Source: Thermoplasmata archaeon
GTDB taxonomy: Archaea > Thermoplasmatota > Thermoplasmata > Lutacidiplasmatales > UBA184
DNA: 37,403 nt
NCBI GenBank assembly: GCA_030040625.1
Contig: JASHTI010000076.1
Location: forward strand, 1-37,403
Direction: 5' to 3'
The notes under the pieces are model-generated. The model did not search any database, was not told where the DNA came from, and was given only the letters and a program-made list of their open reading frames with translations. Both the position numbers and the translations under genes were made by a program. Positions within the stretch are counted from its first letter, which is position 1. Each line of letters starts with the position of its first letter. Shown one piece after another: positions 1 to 9,405 of this stretch.

Positions 1-1
1 G

Positions 2-709
2 CGTCAGCAGGAGCTCTACCGTCAGGGGCAGGGCCCGCAGACGGAGGCCGAGCGCCTCTACCACGAGAGCGGAGAGCTCGGCCGCCAGCTCTCACAGCTC
101 CGCCGGGCGGCGGAGCGCGCCCGTCAGGCGATGGAGTCTGCCGTCATTCGCCGGCGCGAGCTGGTCCTGACCTTCGACCGCCATGAGCGGATCAACCCCG
201 AGCAGCTCCGCCGCGAGATCGCGGAGCTCGAGCTGCGTCAGCAGACGCGGGCCCTCCCGATCGAGGAGGAGAACGCCCTCATCGCGGAGCTCCGCCGCAA
301 GACCAAGGCGGTGCAGGAGTTCGAGACGCGGCGGGACCAGGTCGCGCAGCACGAGGTCCAGCGCAAGGAGGCCGACACCGCGATCGTGGCCGCCCGCGCC
401 GAGATCGATCGCATCCTGAAGGAGATGGAGGCGGTCCGCGGAGAGCGCGATCGGCGCAAGGCGGAGATCCCGGTCAACCTCGAGGCGGCGGGCGCGGCGG
501 TGGCCGAGATGCGCACGGCCGGCCGCAGCCGAGCCGAGCTGACGGCCCAGCTCGACGCCCTGGGCCGCGAGATCGCCGAGATCGAGAAGGAGGGCCGGGA
601 GCTGCTCCGGCGCTACCACGAACGGCAGGAGCTGGCCCGGGAGATCATGCGCGAGTACGCCCGTCCGGCCTCGGGCGGTGGCAACGGCGAGGCGACCGGT
701 GCGCCGTAG
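2..709 (+). CDS. Coiled-coil protein with its 5' end outside the window; resembles the archaeal COG1340-type coiled-coil family
   Basis: The frame of the 131..709 ORF stays open back to nt 2 (RQQELYRQGQGPQTEAERLY...). The sequence is E/R/L/A-rich and heptad-like throughout (EQLRREIAELELRQQTRALPIEEENALIAELRRK). The family call is from memory of the sequence style, not a search. Confidence 0.7.
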   Translation, partial: RQQELYRQGQGPQTEAERLYHESGELGRQLSQLRRAAERARQAMESAVIRRRELVLTFDRHERINPEQLRREIAELELRQQTRALPIEEENALIAELRRKTKAVQEFETRRDQVAQHEVQRKEADTAIVAARAEIDRILKEMEAVRGERDRRKAEIPVNLEAAGAAVAEMRTAGRSRAELTAQLDALGREIAEIEKEGRELLRRYHERQELAREIMREYARPASGGGNGEATGAP

Positions 710-972
710 CCTCCCCCGAGGGGGGTCGCGGCCCCAGCCCCACTCGAACGCGTAGCGGATGCCGCGACAAGGGGGCCGGTGGGCCCCCGGGCCGGGGCGC
801 TCGTGTCGATGGCGTCTCGCTATCCTAGTACTGTCTAGGCGGGCGGTCCGGGGCACCCTCGGCGCCCCCGGGAGAGACTCGGTCGGCTTCCCGGGGGCCC
901 CGGACCCCCCGGCGGGCGTGTCGGAAGGTTTTTGACACCATAGCCCGCTAATCGCTCGCGGTTCCCCCAGTT

Positions 973-2409
973 ATGACGAGGCTATCGAGAACGGATCGCA
1001 CGAAACTCCTGACGACCGCCGGCCTGGCGACGGGAATGCTCCTGGTCGCTCTGCTCGCCGGGACCTCCGCCGCTGCGCCCACGCACCCGTCGGTGTCGCC
1101 CGCGAGCTCGTCCACCGAGCAATGGGCGTTCGGAGGCTCCGTGAGCTCCTCCTACAGCTGCACGACGACCGCCTGTCCCGGTGGAACGCTCAGCGCGAAC
1201 CAGACCCTCGGGATCAGCTACAACGCCCAGCTCCACTGGGCGGTCATCTACACGCGCACGAACGTCTCCGCGAGCCAGGTCGAGCTCAGCGTCAAGGCGG
1301 CGATCGGCGCCTCGGTCTCGCTCAGCTTCTCGGCGTGCGTCACGACCACCACGTGCCAGACCGAATCCCTCTCGGCGTCGGTCAGCGGTTGGGAGACCGC
1401 GGCCGGCTCCACGAACGTGACGACCTCCTCGCTCACGCTCGCGAGCGGGCCGGACGCCCCGGGGCCGGTCACGGCCTTGGCGATCATGAACGCGGCGGCC
1501 TCCCTGGCGTTCAACGTCAGCGGTAACCTGAACCTCAACGTGCCGGGGACCCCGGCGACCACCGCCTCGATCTCCTTCGACGTCGGCGGGCACGGCAGCT
1601 CGACCGTCGACTTCTCCACCCCGCTCGCGATCCTGCCGGTCAGCCCGAACAAGTACGACAACTGGACCAGCAGCGAACCGTTCACGGCGAGCGGCTCGTA
1701 CCTGAGCGGGATCTCCGCTCACGGCACGGAGGACGGGGAGTCGGAGTCGGCCAGCGCCTGGACGCCGGGGAATGTCGCGACCTCGGGGACGATCTCCGTC
1801 GTCGGGAACGACACCGGGACCAGCACCGTCTGGAACAACTACACCACCCCGCACAAGTCCTACACCGTCCAGGACATCCTGCTGAACATCTCCGGGGACA
1901 ACTACACGGCGACCGACGGGTGGGTCCTCTACTCCGGCGCCGCCTTCGAGAACCTCTTCTCCGGCCTCGAGGCCGAGACGGCCCCCGCGATCGCGGCGGT
2001 GACGCCGGCGATCTCGGCCGGCGTCTACAGCGCTCCGGAGAGCGTCTACTACACCTCGGCGAACGGCGTCCTCGGTGAGTCGCTGGTGGGCAACATCTCC
2101 TCGATCGACAGCAGCCTCTCGGGCGCGCCGAGCCTCTCGGTGAACGCGGGCCCGGAGCCCGTCTCCGTCGCCGAGAGCCAGTACAACGCGATCACGGCGG
2201 GACCCGCCGCGGCGGCGTTCCCGCTCGCGCTCGTCCTCGGTGCCGTGGTCGTCGTCGTCGTCGTGGTCGCCGTCGTGGCGCTCGTCATGCGCAACCGGTC
2301 GGCCGGACGACGCCCCCCCACCGCCGACACCCCGCTGAACCCGCCCATGGCCGGTGACACCCCCATGAGCCCCGCGGGCCTGCAGCCGCCGACCGGCGGC
2401 CAGCCGTAG
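973..2409 (+). CDS. Ser/Thr-rich cell-surface protein, probably a glycoprotein, with an N-terminal signal/anchor and a C-terminal TM helix plus Pro-rich tail
   Basis: ATG start. N-terminal hydrophobic segment LLTTAGLATGMLLVALLAGTSAAAP. At least 10 N-x-S/T sequons (NQT, NVS, NVT, NWT, NDT, NYT, NIS...). C-terminal poly-Val helix LVLGAVVVVVVVVAVVALVM followed by RNRSAGRR and a Pro-rich tail. Confidence 0.8.
   Translation: MTRLSRTDRTKLLTTAGLATGMLLVALLAGTSAAAPTHPSVSPASSSTEQWAFGGSVSSSYSCTTTACPGGTLSANQTLGISYNAQLHWAVIYTRTNVSASQVELSVKAAIGASVSLSFSACVTTTTCQTESLSASVSGWETAAGSTNVTTSSLTLASGPDAPGPVTALAIMNAAASLAFNVSGNLNLNVPGTPATTASISFDVGGHGSSTVDFSTPLAILPVSPNKYDNWTSSEPFTASGSYLSGISAHGTEDGESESASAWTPGNVATSGTISVVGNDTGTSTVWNNYTTPHKSYTVQDILLNISGDNYTATDGWVLYSGAAFENLFSGLEAETAPAIAAVTPAISAGVYSAPESVYYTSANGVLGESLVGNISSIDSSLSGAPSLSVNAGPEPVSVAESQYNAITAGPAAAAFPLALVLGAVVVVVVVVAVVALVMRNRSAGRRPPTADTPLNPPMAGDTPMSPAGLQPPTGGQP
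2248..2262 (+). repeat. (GTC)5 trinucleotide tract encoding the poly-Val core of the C-terminal TM helix
   Basis: Read directly: gtg gtc gtc gtc gtc gtc gtg gtc, inside CDS 973..2409. Confidence 0.9.
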
Positions 2410-2456
2410 AGAGACGACCGGCCCACCCCGTCCCGGGGCCCAGGCGGGCCCCGGGC

Positions 2457-3374
2457 TCACGCCGGACGGGACCGTTCGCGGCCGGGACGGGCGCGGCTCG
2501 CGCTCCCCCGGTCGTCCGGGCGCCGTCCGGCCGCCACGAGGATCTCGCAGGGAGCTCCGGGCGAGCCCGGGGCGAGGAACGGTGCGACCGCGGTCTCCAC
2601 CTCGGCCCAAGCGGCGGCCTGGTCGGACGCCGACAGGCGCTGGACCGTCGCGCCGAGGATCTCCCGGTAGAACTCCATCAACTTCGTGAGGCTCGGCGGA
2701 CGGAGCGGGCAATCGACAGCCTCCACGGCCACCGACTCGAATCCGACCGAACGGAGGAGGTTTCCCAACCGCACCGGGTCGCTGAGGCTGAACGGCCCCG
2801 GGGCCGCGTCCGGAGGCGGCGGCGGGTGGTCCGGGTCCGCCCAGCGGCTCAGGATCCTCGAGGGGCGTGACAGCACCCCATTCCGGTCCGGTGGCGAGAA
2901 GACGCTGAAGACCAGGCGACCGCCCGGTCGCAGCGTGGGGGCCAGGCGGGCCAGAGCGGTCTCCGGGGCCGCGAAGAACATGAACCCCTGGCGGCAGGCG
3001 ATGGCGTCCAGCGAGCCCGGCGACTGATCCGCCCGCTCACCGTCCATCACTCGGGCCGTCACCTGGCGGAGCTCCTGAAGGTTCTCCGCCATCCGCGCGA
3101 CCATGCGGGGGCCGCTGTCCGTCGCGATGACGTGCCCGCTCGGGCCCACCGCGGCCGCGAGGGCGCGGGTGAAGCCGCCGGTTCCGGCCGCGAGCTCGAG
3201 GACCTGATCGCCGGCCCGCAGCCCCAGGGCGCGCTCCATGTTCGCGGTCGCCGGCGCGAACCAGCTCTCGACCATCGGGGTCCATTCGTCCCAGCGGTCG
3301 GCCCGGGCATCCCATGCCTCGACGGTCGCCTCCTTCGGCGAGCGGGGAGGCGGTGCTTCGTGCGCCGCCGGCAT
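2457..3374 (-). CDS. Class I SAM-dependent methyltransferase
   Basis: Motif I VLELAAGTGGFTRALA; then HVIATDSGPRMV and LRPGGRLVFSVF. The ATG is at 3374 and an alternative GTG lies at 3386. Confidence 0.85.
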   Translation of the reverse strand: MPAAHEAPPPRSPKEATVEAWDARADRWDEWTPMVESWFAPATANMERALGLRAGDQVLELAAGTGGFTRALAAAVGPSGHVIATDSGPRMVARMAENLQELRQVTARVMDGERADQSPGSLDAIACRQGFMFFAAPETALARLAPTLRPGGRLVFSVFSPPDRNGVLSRPSRILSRWADPDHPPPPPDAAPGPFSLSDPVRLGNLLRSVGFESVAVEAVDCPLRPPSLTKLMEFYREILGATVQRLSASDQAAAWAEVETAVAPFLAPGSPGAPCEILVAAGRRPDDRGSASRARPGRERSRPA

Positions 3375-3504
3375 CGCACCGTGCACGGTGGCCTCCTATC
3401 TAATCCCCCACGCTGCCTCCGGCGACTCCGGCCGGGAGCGCGGCGACGCGGGCGGACCGAAGGGGTTAGGTGAAGGGGCCGCTGGCCCCCACCGCGGAGG
3501 AGCG

Positions 3505-4035
3505 GTGGCGGTCGAGGCGAAGCTGGGGGTCCGACTGGAGCGGGCCGCGCCGACCAAGCTCTACCCGTTCACGCGGTTCTTCCGGGGATTCGAGAGGGTC
3601 CCGGCGATCCGCGCGCTCTTCGGGGCGAAGACCGGGAAGGTGCTTCGTTCGCAGAAGGTCGAGTTCTTCTCCGCCCGGTTCGGCTACATGGGGACGAGCG
3701 ACGAGGACGGCCACCTCCTGATCAGCACGCGTCACCTCGCCCGGAGCCCGTTCCGCACCGTCTACCTCGACCTCGTCCACGAGCTGCGTCACGTCAAGCA
3801 GTTCCAGGACGGGCGCCCCCTGTTCTACCCGAAGCTCGCCTACGTCGACGCGCCGAGCGAGATCGAGGCGTACCGTTTCACGGTGGACGAGGGCCGTCGC
3901 ATCGGCCTGACCGACGCACAGCTCTTCGACTACCTCCACACCGAGTGGATGACCCCGGCCGAGCACCGGCGCCTCGCGCGCCGCTGCGGGGTGACGCCCC
4001 GGCCCGCCCCCAAGCGCGGCCGCCGACGCCGCTGA
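3505..4035 (+). CDS. Hypothetical protein with an HExxH motif; possible zinc metallopeptidase-like protein
   Basis: Contains YLDLVHELRHVKQF (HELRH). The long ORF 3238..4035 overlaps the neighbouring methyltransferase, so I trimmed it to the in-frame GTG at 3505. The start is uncertain; another GTG lies at 3388 and an ATG further downstream. Confidence 0.55.
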   Translation: MAVEAKLGVRLERAAPTKLYPFTRFFRGFERVPAIRALFGAKTGKVLRSQKVEFFSARFGYMGTSDEDGHLLISTRHLARSPFRTVYLDLVHELRHVKQFQDGRPLFYPKLAYVDAPSEIEAYRFTVDEGRRIGLTDAQLFDYLHTEWMTPAEHRRLARRCGVTPRPAPKRGRRRR

Positions 4036-4050
4036 GCCGGCCGCCGCCTT

Positions 4051-5433
4051 CTACAGGATGATCCGTTCCGGCTCGACGTCGCGCCGTTCCAGCGAGAGGC
4101 GCTCAGGGCGGTACGTCTCGCCGGTGAACAGCCGCGCCTCGTGCCGACCGCGGCAGGCCGCCGCCGCCAGCCGTCCGAGGGCGTCGGCCTTCATGATCCC
4201 GCTACCGGAGTCGCCGCCCACGAACGTCACGCCGTAGGCCGTCGTGACCAGCACCGGCAGGCCGTCCGGGCTGAAGCTGTAGTAGCCGCCCCAGCTCGAC
4301 TCGAGCCGGGCGCCACCCGACTCGAGCGCCGGGAAGTACGGGCTGATCGCCGGAAGGAGATCGGTGGCGTAGGCCGAGCGGTCGCCGAGCCGGCCCATGT
4401 CAAAGTCGAGCCGCCCGTCACGCGCCGGGTCCTCTCGGGTGCCGATCGGGTGCGTCAGCGTCTCGACGCCGCCCAGCCAGAGCCGGCGCTGGCGGAAGAT
4501 CGGCTTGATGGTCGCGCCGGTCGGCAGGATCAGGAACGGGCACCGGCCCCGCCCGTCCGTCGAGTCGAGCGGATGCACCGGGGCGCTCCAGTCGAGGATC
4601 TCCTCCGCCGCCGGGCCGGCGACCGAGAAGAGCCGCTGGGCCCGAGGGCTGCAACCGGTGGCGAAGCCGAGCGGGTGCAGGATCCGGTCGGACCAGGCAC
4701 CCCCGGCGACGACCACGCGATCGGCGGCGGTGGACCGGTCATCGCCGAAGTGCACGCGGGCGATCCGCAGGCGACCGGCCATCTGCTCCTGGAATCCGTA
4801 CGGCCGCCCGTCCGGCTCGTGGCGCAGGATCTCCGGGCGCCCCTCGAACGAGAGACGCCGCACGGTCTGCCCGAACGCGAACTCGACCCCGCGCCGCTCG
4901 GCGGCCTCGCGGTAGAAGCGGGCGAGGAGCTCCGGAGCGATCGCGCCGCAGTTGCGCCCGAAGAGGCCACCGGTGATCGGCTCGGGAGGTGGCGCGTCGT
5001 CCCCCTCGTACCACCGGGCCGGCGCGACGCTCAGCCCCGGGCAGCCCCGGAGCTCCTCCAGCCCCAGCAGCTCCGCGTCGATCGCCCCGCGATTGTGGGC
5101 GACCAGGGCGCCGTACTCCTCCTGCAGGCGTTCGGGCAGGAGCCAGAGGTAGCCGTACCGGTCGAGCAGCGGCACCGGCGCGCGGAGCTCGGGGTGCTCC
5201 GCCATGAGCTGGACGTAGAAGGCGATCGAGCTGCCCGCGAGGAGCCGGTTGTCCCGCGAGCTGAAGACGTCGCGGGCCATCGCATTGCTCGCGCCCATCG
5301 AGCCCTCGCCGGGGCCGTCCCGGGCGTCGACCACGAGGATCGACCGCTCGGCCGCCTCCGCCGCGAGGTGGTAGGCGGTGGCGAGCCCGAACGGGCCGGC
5401 GCCGACGATCACGATGTCGTAGCGATCGCGCAC
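4051..5433 (-). CDS. FAD-dependent oxidoreductase (DAO / glycine-sarcosine oxidase-like family)
   Basis: N-terminal dinucleotide-binding motif YDIVIVGAGPFGLATAYHLA. 460 aa. C-terminal GGDSGSGIMKADALGRL is typical of DAO-family enzymes. Confidence 0.85.
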   Translation of the reverse strand: MRDRYDIVIVGAGPFGLATAYHLAAEAAERSILVVDARDGPGEGSMGASNAMARDVFSSRDNRLLAGSSIAFYVQLMAEHPELRAPVPLLDRYGYLWLLPERLQEEYGALVAHNRGAIDAELLGLEELRGCPGLSVAPARWYEGDDAPPPEPITGGLFGRNCGAIAPELLARFYREAAERRGVEFAFGQTVRRLSFEGRPEILRHEPDGRPYGFQEQMAGRLRIARVHFGDDRSTAADRVVVAGGAWSDRILHPLGFATGCSPRAQRLFSVAGPAAEEILDWSAPVHPLDSTDGRGRCPFLILPTGATIKPIFRQRRLWLGGVETLTHPIGTREDPARDGRLDFDMGRLGDRSAYATDLLPAISPYFPALESGGARLESSWGGYYSFSPDGLPVLVTTAYGVTFVGGDSGSGIMKADALGRLAAAACRGRHEARLFTGETYRPERLSLERRDVEPERIIL

Positions 5434-5536
5434 GCGCCGGGGCCCTCCGTCCCGCTCGGACGGCGGACGTGCATATGAGTCGCGAGCCGGGCGCTGGAAA
5501 GCTTATCGCGCCGCGCCCTCCCACGGCGGCGAAGCG

Positions 5537-6286
5537 ATGCGCGGTGCCCTGAAGCGACGACTCCTCGGCTCCCGGGAGACCTCCTACGGTACGTGGATCG
5601 CGTCGTCGTCGCTCGTCTGCGCGGACGCGCTGCGCGGTGCCGGCTTAGACTGGTTCATGATCGACACCGAGCACGCCCAGGTCAATCCCGAGACGCTGGC
5701 GGCGCTGGTGGCGCCGGCCGGGGAGGCGGCCCCCGTGCCGCTGGTCCGGGTGGGCAACGTCGACCTCTACCTCATCAAGCAGGCGCTGGACGCCGGTGCC
5801 CACGGGATCCTCGTCCCGCTCGTGAACACCGAGGCGCAGGCGCGGGCGGTGGTCGCCTACGCCAAGTACCCACCGGACGGCGTGCGCGGCATCGCCGCCG
5901 CCCCGGCGTCCCGGTACGGACGCGAGCTGGCCGGCTACCTGCGCAGCGCGAACGCCGAGACCCTGGTGGGGATCCAGATCGAGACCCGCGAGGCGCTCGA
6001 CAATCTCGAGGCGCTCGCAGCGGTGGAAGGGATCGACCTGCTCTTCGTGGGACCGCAGGACCTCACGCTCAACCTGGGACTGGTGGACGATCGCAAGCAC
6101 CCGCGTCTGCGGGAGGCGATGCGGCAGGTCGTCGCCGCCTGCGAGAAGCACGGGAAGATCCCCGGCACGCTCGTGATCGACGCGGCGGAGAAGCGGGCCG
6201 CGGCCGAGCTCGGCTTCCGCTTCGTCTCGCTGGCCTCCGACGTGCGGTTCCTCCTGAACGGCGCGAAGGCGTTCCTCGAGAGCTGA
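5537..6286 (+). CDS. HpcH/HpaI-family aldolase (2-keto-3-deoxy-acid aldolase-like)
   Basis: GTWIASSS...GLDWFMIDTEHAQVN, ALDAGAHGILVPLVNTEAQARAVVAYAKYPPDGVRG and IQIETREALDNLEAL match the HpcH/HpaI aldolase layout. Confidence 0.85.
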   Translation: MRGALKRRLLGSRETSYGTWIASSSLVCADALRGAGLDWFMIDTEHAQVNPETLAALVAPAGEAAPVPLVRVGNVDLYLIKQALDAGAHGILVPLVNTEAQARAVVAYAKYPPDGVRGIAAAPASRYGRELAGYLRSANAETLVGIQIETREALDNLEALAAVEGIDLLFVGPQDLTLNLGLVDDRKHPRLREAMRQVVAACEKHGKIPGTLVIDAAEKRAAAELGFRFVSLASDVRFLLNGAKAFLES

Positions 6287-6304
6287 GCCGATCCGCCCAC
6301 GGCC

Positions 6305-7147
6305 CTACGGCCCGTGGGAGCGGCCCCGCCGGAAACCGCGGGATCGCCCGGTCGTGGCCCCCGGGGTGGACGACGGCGCGCCCGTGATCGCCGCGAGGTC
6401 CGTCTGCAGCTGGGCGAGGTCGAAGCCGGCCGGCGAGCGGCCCCCGCTCTCGATCCAGTCGGCGTCCGACAGCAGGGCGTACGCCTCGTCGCAGTACGCC
6501 TGGAGGAACGCCCACGACGCCGTCTTGACCGCGCCCCAGGTGACGAGGCTCACCACGTCGGCGGTGTAGCCGAGGACCGGGACGCAGTGGCCGTTCTGCG
6601 GATCCGGGGCCCAGTCCGGTCCGACCGCGCCGCTCGGAGGCAGTTCCCAGGGGACCGTCAGCGGGTCCCCCGCCTGCACCACCGCGTCGGGGAGCTCCAG
6701 CCCGACGAACGCTCCGCCGAAGAGGTAGACCGACTGCTGGAGCTCGCGGGTCACGGCCGGGTTGACCGCCGCGAAGGCGCTCAGGACATCCGACCTCGGG
6801 CCGAGCGGGACCCCCGCCCGCCATCGCTTGAGGAAATCCAGGATCACGACACCATCGTTCTGCGGGCTCACGACCCGATAGAGGGCGACGACCTGCGCCT
6901 CGGTGACAACCTCCGGGGCGGCGGGGCTGGCGTTGTCGCTCCACGCCTCGATCTGGTGCGCGGCGGCCGCGACGACGCAGTCTCCGAGCGTCGCGTTCGA
7001 GTCCATGCCCCAGCCTCCGGACGGCGTCGCCGTCTGCCACGCCACGGTCGGCGGAGGGGCCGGCGTGTCGGGCGCCAGGTAGCGCGCGAGGCGCAGGGTC
7101 CGGGGATCGACCCGACGCGGCTTCTTGCCGAGCTGGTACTTCGCCAT
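6305..7147 (-). CDS. Papain-like (Cys-His) peptidase-fold protein, hypothetical
   Basis: Trimmed to ATG 7147 (MAKYQLGKKPRRVDPRTLRLARYL). Candidate nucleophile in TLGDCVVAAAAHQIEAW and candidate His in NGHCVPVLGY (compare papain HAVAAVGY). The upstream 114 codons of the 394-aa ORF are R/G/P-rich and look non-coding. Confidence 0.6.
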   Translation of the reverse strand: MAKYQLGKKPRRVDPRTLRLARYLAPDTPAPPPTVAWQTATPSGGWGMDSNATLGDCVVAAAAHQIEAWSDNASPAAPEVVTEAQVVALYRVVSPQNDGVVILDFLKRWRAGVPLGPRSDVLSAFAAVNPAVTRELQQSVYLFGGAFVGLELPDAVVQAGDPLTVPWELPPSGAVGPDWAPDPQNGHCVPVLGYTADVVSLVTWGAVKTASWAFLQAYCDEAYALLSDADWIESGGRSPAGFDLAQLQTDLAAITGAPSSTPGATTGRSRGFRRGRSHGP

Positions 7148-7358
7148 GCGCCCACCATGGGAGAGGGCCCGCAAGGGCTTTCCGGGGACCCTCGTCCGTT
7201 CCGTCGGCGAACCGAACTCGCGGGTCCGCGTACCGAAGGCTGCGGAGCGTGCTCCGGGTTCGCAAGCTACCGTCCCGGGAGATGCGGCCGCCTCACCGGC
7301 GAGAAAATCGCCGGCCCGGCCCGTCAGTTTAAGGACCCCGCTCGGGCCTCTCCGGACC

Positions 7359-8126
7359 ATGCGCGGCCGCCGGACGCAGCCTGGCCCCAACGGAGCGTGG
7401 GACCCGATACCCGACCCTGCCGAGAAGTTCTCCAGCGGGATCCCGGACTTCGACCGTCTGCTCCGCGGAGGTCTTCCCCGGGGCGGCACGGCGCTCCTGA
7501 ACTGCGACGAGACCGTGGGGCCGGAGGACCTGGACCTCCTCCTGTTCCCGACGTTCCTGAACTTCCTCTACCAGTCGCGGGGGATCGTTGCCGTCCTGCC
7601 CTCGCGGGAGACGCCCCATGGGTTCCGTGACCGGCTGACCCGCTTCGCGACCCGACGCCGCTTCGATAGCCGGGTACGCGTGATCGACTACATCGGGGAG
7701 GACCGGGGGCTCCCGTACGTCGTGAACCTCGCCGACGCCGACGCGAACCCGATCGCGCGGAAGTCGGCGACCGCCAAGGTCATCGCGGCGGAGCGGCAGG
7801 CTCGGGGCAACCGGCGGCACCCGATCCTCGAGTTCAACGCCTTCGAGGTCTTCGACACGCTGATGGGGTCGGAGAAGGCGTTGAAGATGTTCTACTACGG
7901 GCTGAAGCGCATCCGCGCCCTCGGGAACCTCGGCGTGGGGGTCCTGGCGCCGGGCGTAGGCTGCGCGGCCGGCGTCCGCAGGATGTGCGACCTTGAGTTC
8001 GCGGTCCACCGCGACGAGGTCGGCCTCGTCATCCGCGGCGTCCGACCGTCGTTCCCGAGCCACGTCGTGACTCCCGATCCAACCCACGGCCTCCCGAGGG
8101 CCACCTTCGTTCCCCGGCCGGCCTGA
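7359..8126 (+). CDS. KaiC/RecA-superfamily domain protein with a degenerate Walker A (probably non-catalytic)
   Basis: ATG at 7359. FSSGIPDFDRLLRGGLPRGGTALLNCDETVGPED aligns by eye with the KaiC/RadA-like GIPGLDxLLGGGLPxGxxxLxxGxPGxGKT. The P-loop GxxGxGKT is replaced by NCDETVGP. Confidence 0.6.
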   Translation: MRGRRTQPGPNGAWDPIPDPAEKFSSGIPDFDRLLRGGLPRGGTALLNCDETVGPEDLDLLLFPTFLNFLYQSRGIVAVLPSRETPHGFRDRLTRFATRRRFDSRVRVIDYIGEDRGLPYVVNLADADANPIARKSATAKVIAAERQARGNRRHPILEFNAFEVFDTLMGSEKALKMFYYGLKRIRALGNLGVGVLAPGVGCAAGVRRMCDLEFAVHRDEVGLVIRGVRPSFPSHVVTPDPTHGLPRATFVPRPA

Positions 8127-8145
8127 CCGGGCCCGCAGGGTACGG

Positions 8146-9405
8146 TCAGCCGGTCCTCGGCGCGGAGATAGGTGCGGTCCCCGCACGGAGCGCGCGCACG
8201 TAGGGCCGGGCCGCGAGCGGGGAGACGAGCGTGGTCACGAGCCCCACGCCCGCGACGATGGTGAACAGGCGGGTCGAGAAGATGCCGAGCGAGAGCAGGC
8301 TCACCGCCATCGCGAGCTCGACCGCTCCGCGGCTGGCGAGCAGGAAGCCGGCGCCGGTCGCCTCGGCCCGGCTGAAGCCGAAGCGGCGTGCCAGCCCCTG
8401 CCCGAGCAGCAGCTTGGCGAGCAGCGCGAAGCCGCACAGCGCCGCGAACGCCCCGAGGTCGGCCGGCGTGTCGCCGAGCAGGCGGAGATTCATCTGGAGG
8501 CCGACGAGGGCGAAGAAGAGCGGGATGAAGAATCCCCACGTGATCATGTCGAAGACCTGGCGCACGGCCCGGTACGCCTCCGCGCCCGCCCGCTCGGGCG
8601 TGACGAGGAGCCCCGCGCAGAAGGCGCCGACGAGATAGGTGAGGCCGAGCACCTGAGAGTACAGCGCGGCGCCGAGCGCGGCGACGAGCATCAGCGCGAA
8701 GCCGGCCTCCTGGGAGCGCCAGGTACGCCGCACACGATCGACGAGCCGATCCCACAGGCGGGTCTGCCGCAGGGCGCCGAGGAGGACGTCGGCCGCGAGA
8801 ACGCTGGCCAGGAAGATCGCGACGGCGAGCAGCGCGATTCCGACGTCCTCGCCGACGCTCCCCGAAGTGGTGCGGAACCGCAGGAGGATCGCGAACGCGG
8901 TGACCGCGGCGAGCTCGTTGACGAAGGCGCCGCTGACGAGCAGCGCCCCGTAGCGGCTCGGAAGCAGACCGAACTCCCGGAGCATCACGGCGAGCACCGG
9001 GAGCGCGGTGACGGAGATCGTGAGCGACACGAAGACCGCGGTGAGCGTGGGGAGGTTCGGGTACAGGAGGCGAACGACCTCGATCCCCAGCGCGAACGGG
9101 ACCAGGAAGATCGTCAGACCGAGGACCGCGGCGGCCGGCCCCGTCGATCGGACCTGGTCGCGGGTGACCGCAAGCCCGGCGGCGAGAAGGACGAAGAAGG
9201 TGGCGAGGACCTGCAGGTCCTGGAAGCCCGTCGGCAGGCTGCCCAGACCGAGGGCGGGCCCGAGGAGCGTCGGCCCGAACACGATCCCGACGGCGAGCTG
9301 GCCGATGAGCGGAAGGACGCCGAGGCGGCTGATCGCCTCGCCGACCAGGACGGAGCAGGCGAGGAGGAGGAAGACGCCTACGATGAAGAGGGTCGTGGCG
9401 TTCAC
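8146..9405 (-). CDS. Cation:proton antiporter (CPA2 / Na+-H+ exchanger family)
   Basis: 419 aa and polytopic. N-terminus FLLLACSVLVGEAISRLGVLPLIGQLAVGIVFGPTLLG is typical of Kef/NapA-type exchangers. Confidence 0.85.
   Translation of the reverse strand: MNATTLFIVGVFLLLACSVLVGEAISRLGVLPLIGQLAVGIVFGPTLLGPALGLGSLPTGFQDLQVLATFFVLLAAGLAVTRDQVRSTGPAAAVLGLTIFLVPFALGIEVVRLLYPNLPTLTAVFVSLTISVTALPVLAVMLREFGLLPSRYGALLVSGAFVNELAAVTAFAILLRFRTTSGSVGEDVGIALLAVAIFLASVLAADVLLGALRQTRLWDRLVDRVRRTWRSQEAGFALMLVAALGAALYSQVLGLTYLVGAFCAGLLVTPERAGAEAYRAVRQVFDMITWGFFIPLFFALVGLQMNLRLLGDTPADLGAFAALCGFALLAKLLLGQGLARRFGFSRAEATGAGFLLASRGAVELAMAVSLLSLGIFSTRLFTIVAGVGLVTTLVSPLAARPYVRALRAGTAPISAPRTG

Noticed and set aside
2215-2409. 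PGF-CTERM/archaeosortase-type sorting signal at the C-termini of the surface proteins (973..2409 and 14079..15824).
   Set aside because: Neither protein has the PGF tripeptide before the helix. Both carry long charged or Pro-rich tails after the TM segment, so a plain type-I membrane anchor is the simpler reading.
982-2712. Very long ORFs antisense to or out of frame with the called genes. Examples: 982..2712 -, 4141..5478 +, 6069..7265 -, 6314..7630 +, 7895..9412 -, 9439..11145 +, 13833..15497 -, 16430..17398 -, 17678..18922 -, 25301..26596 -, 26747..28315 -.
   Set aside because: Their translations are R/G/P/D-rich and low-complexity with no recognisable motifs. This is the usual artefact of stop-codon-poor alternative frames in very GC-rich DNA. 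In each case the overlapping frame I kept carries clear family motifs.
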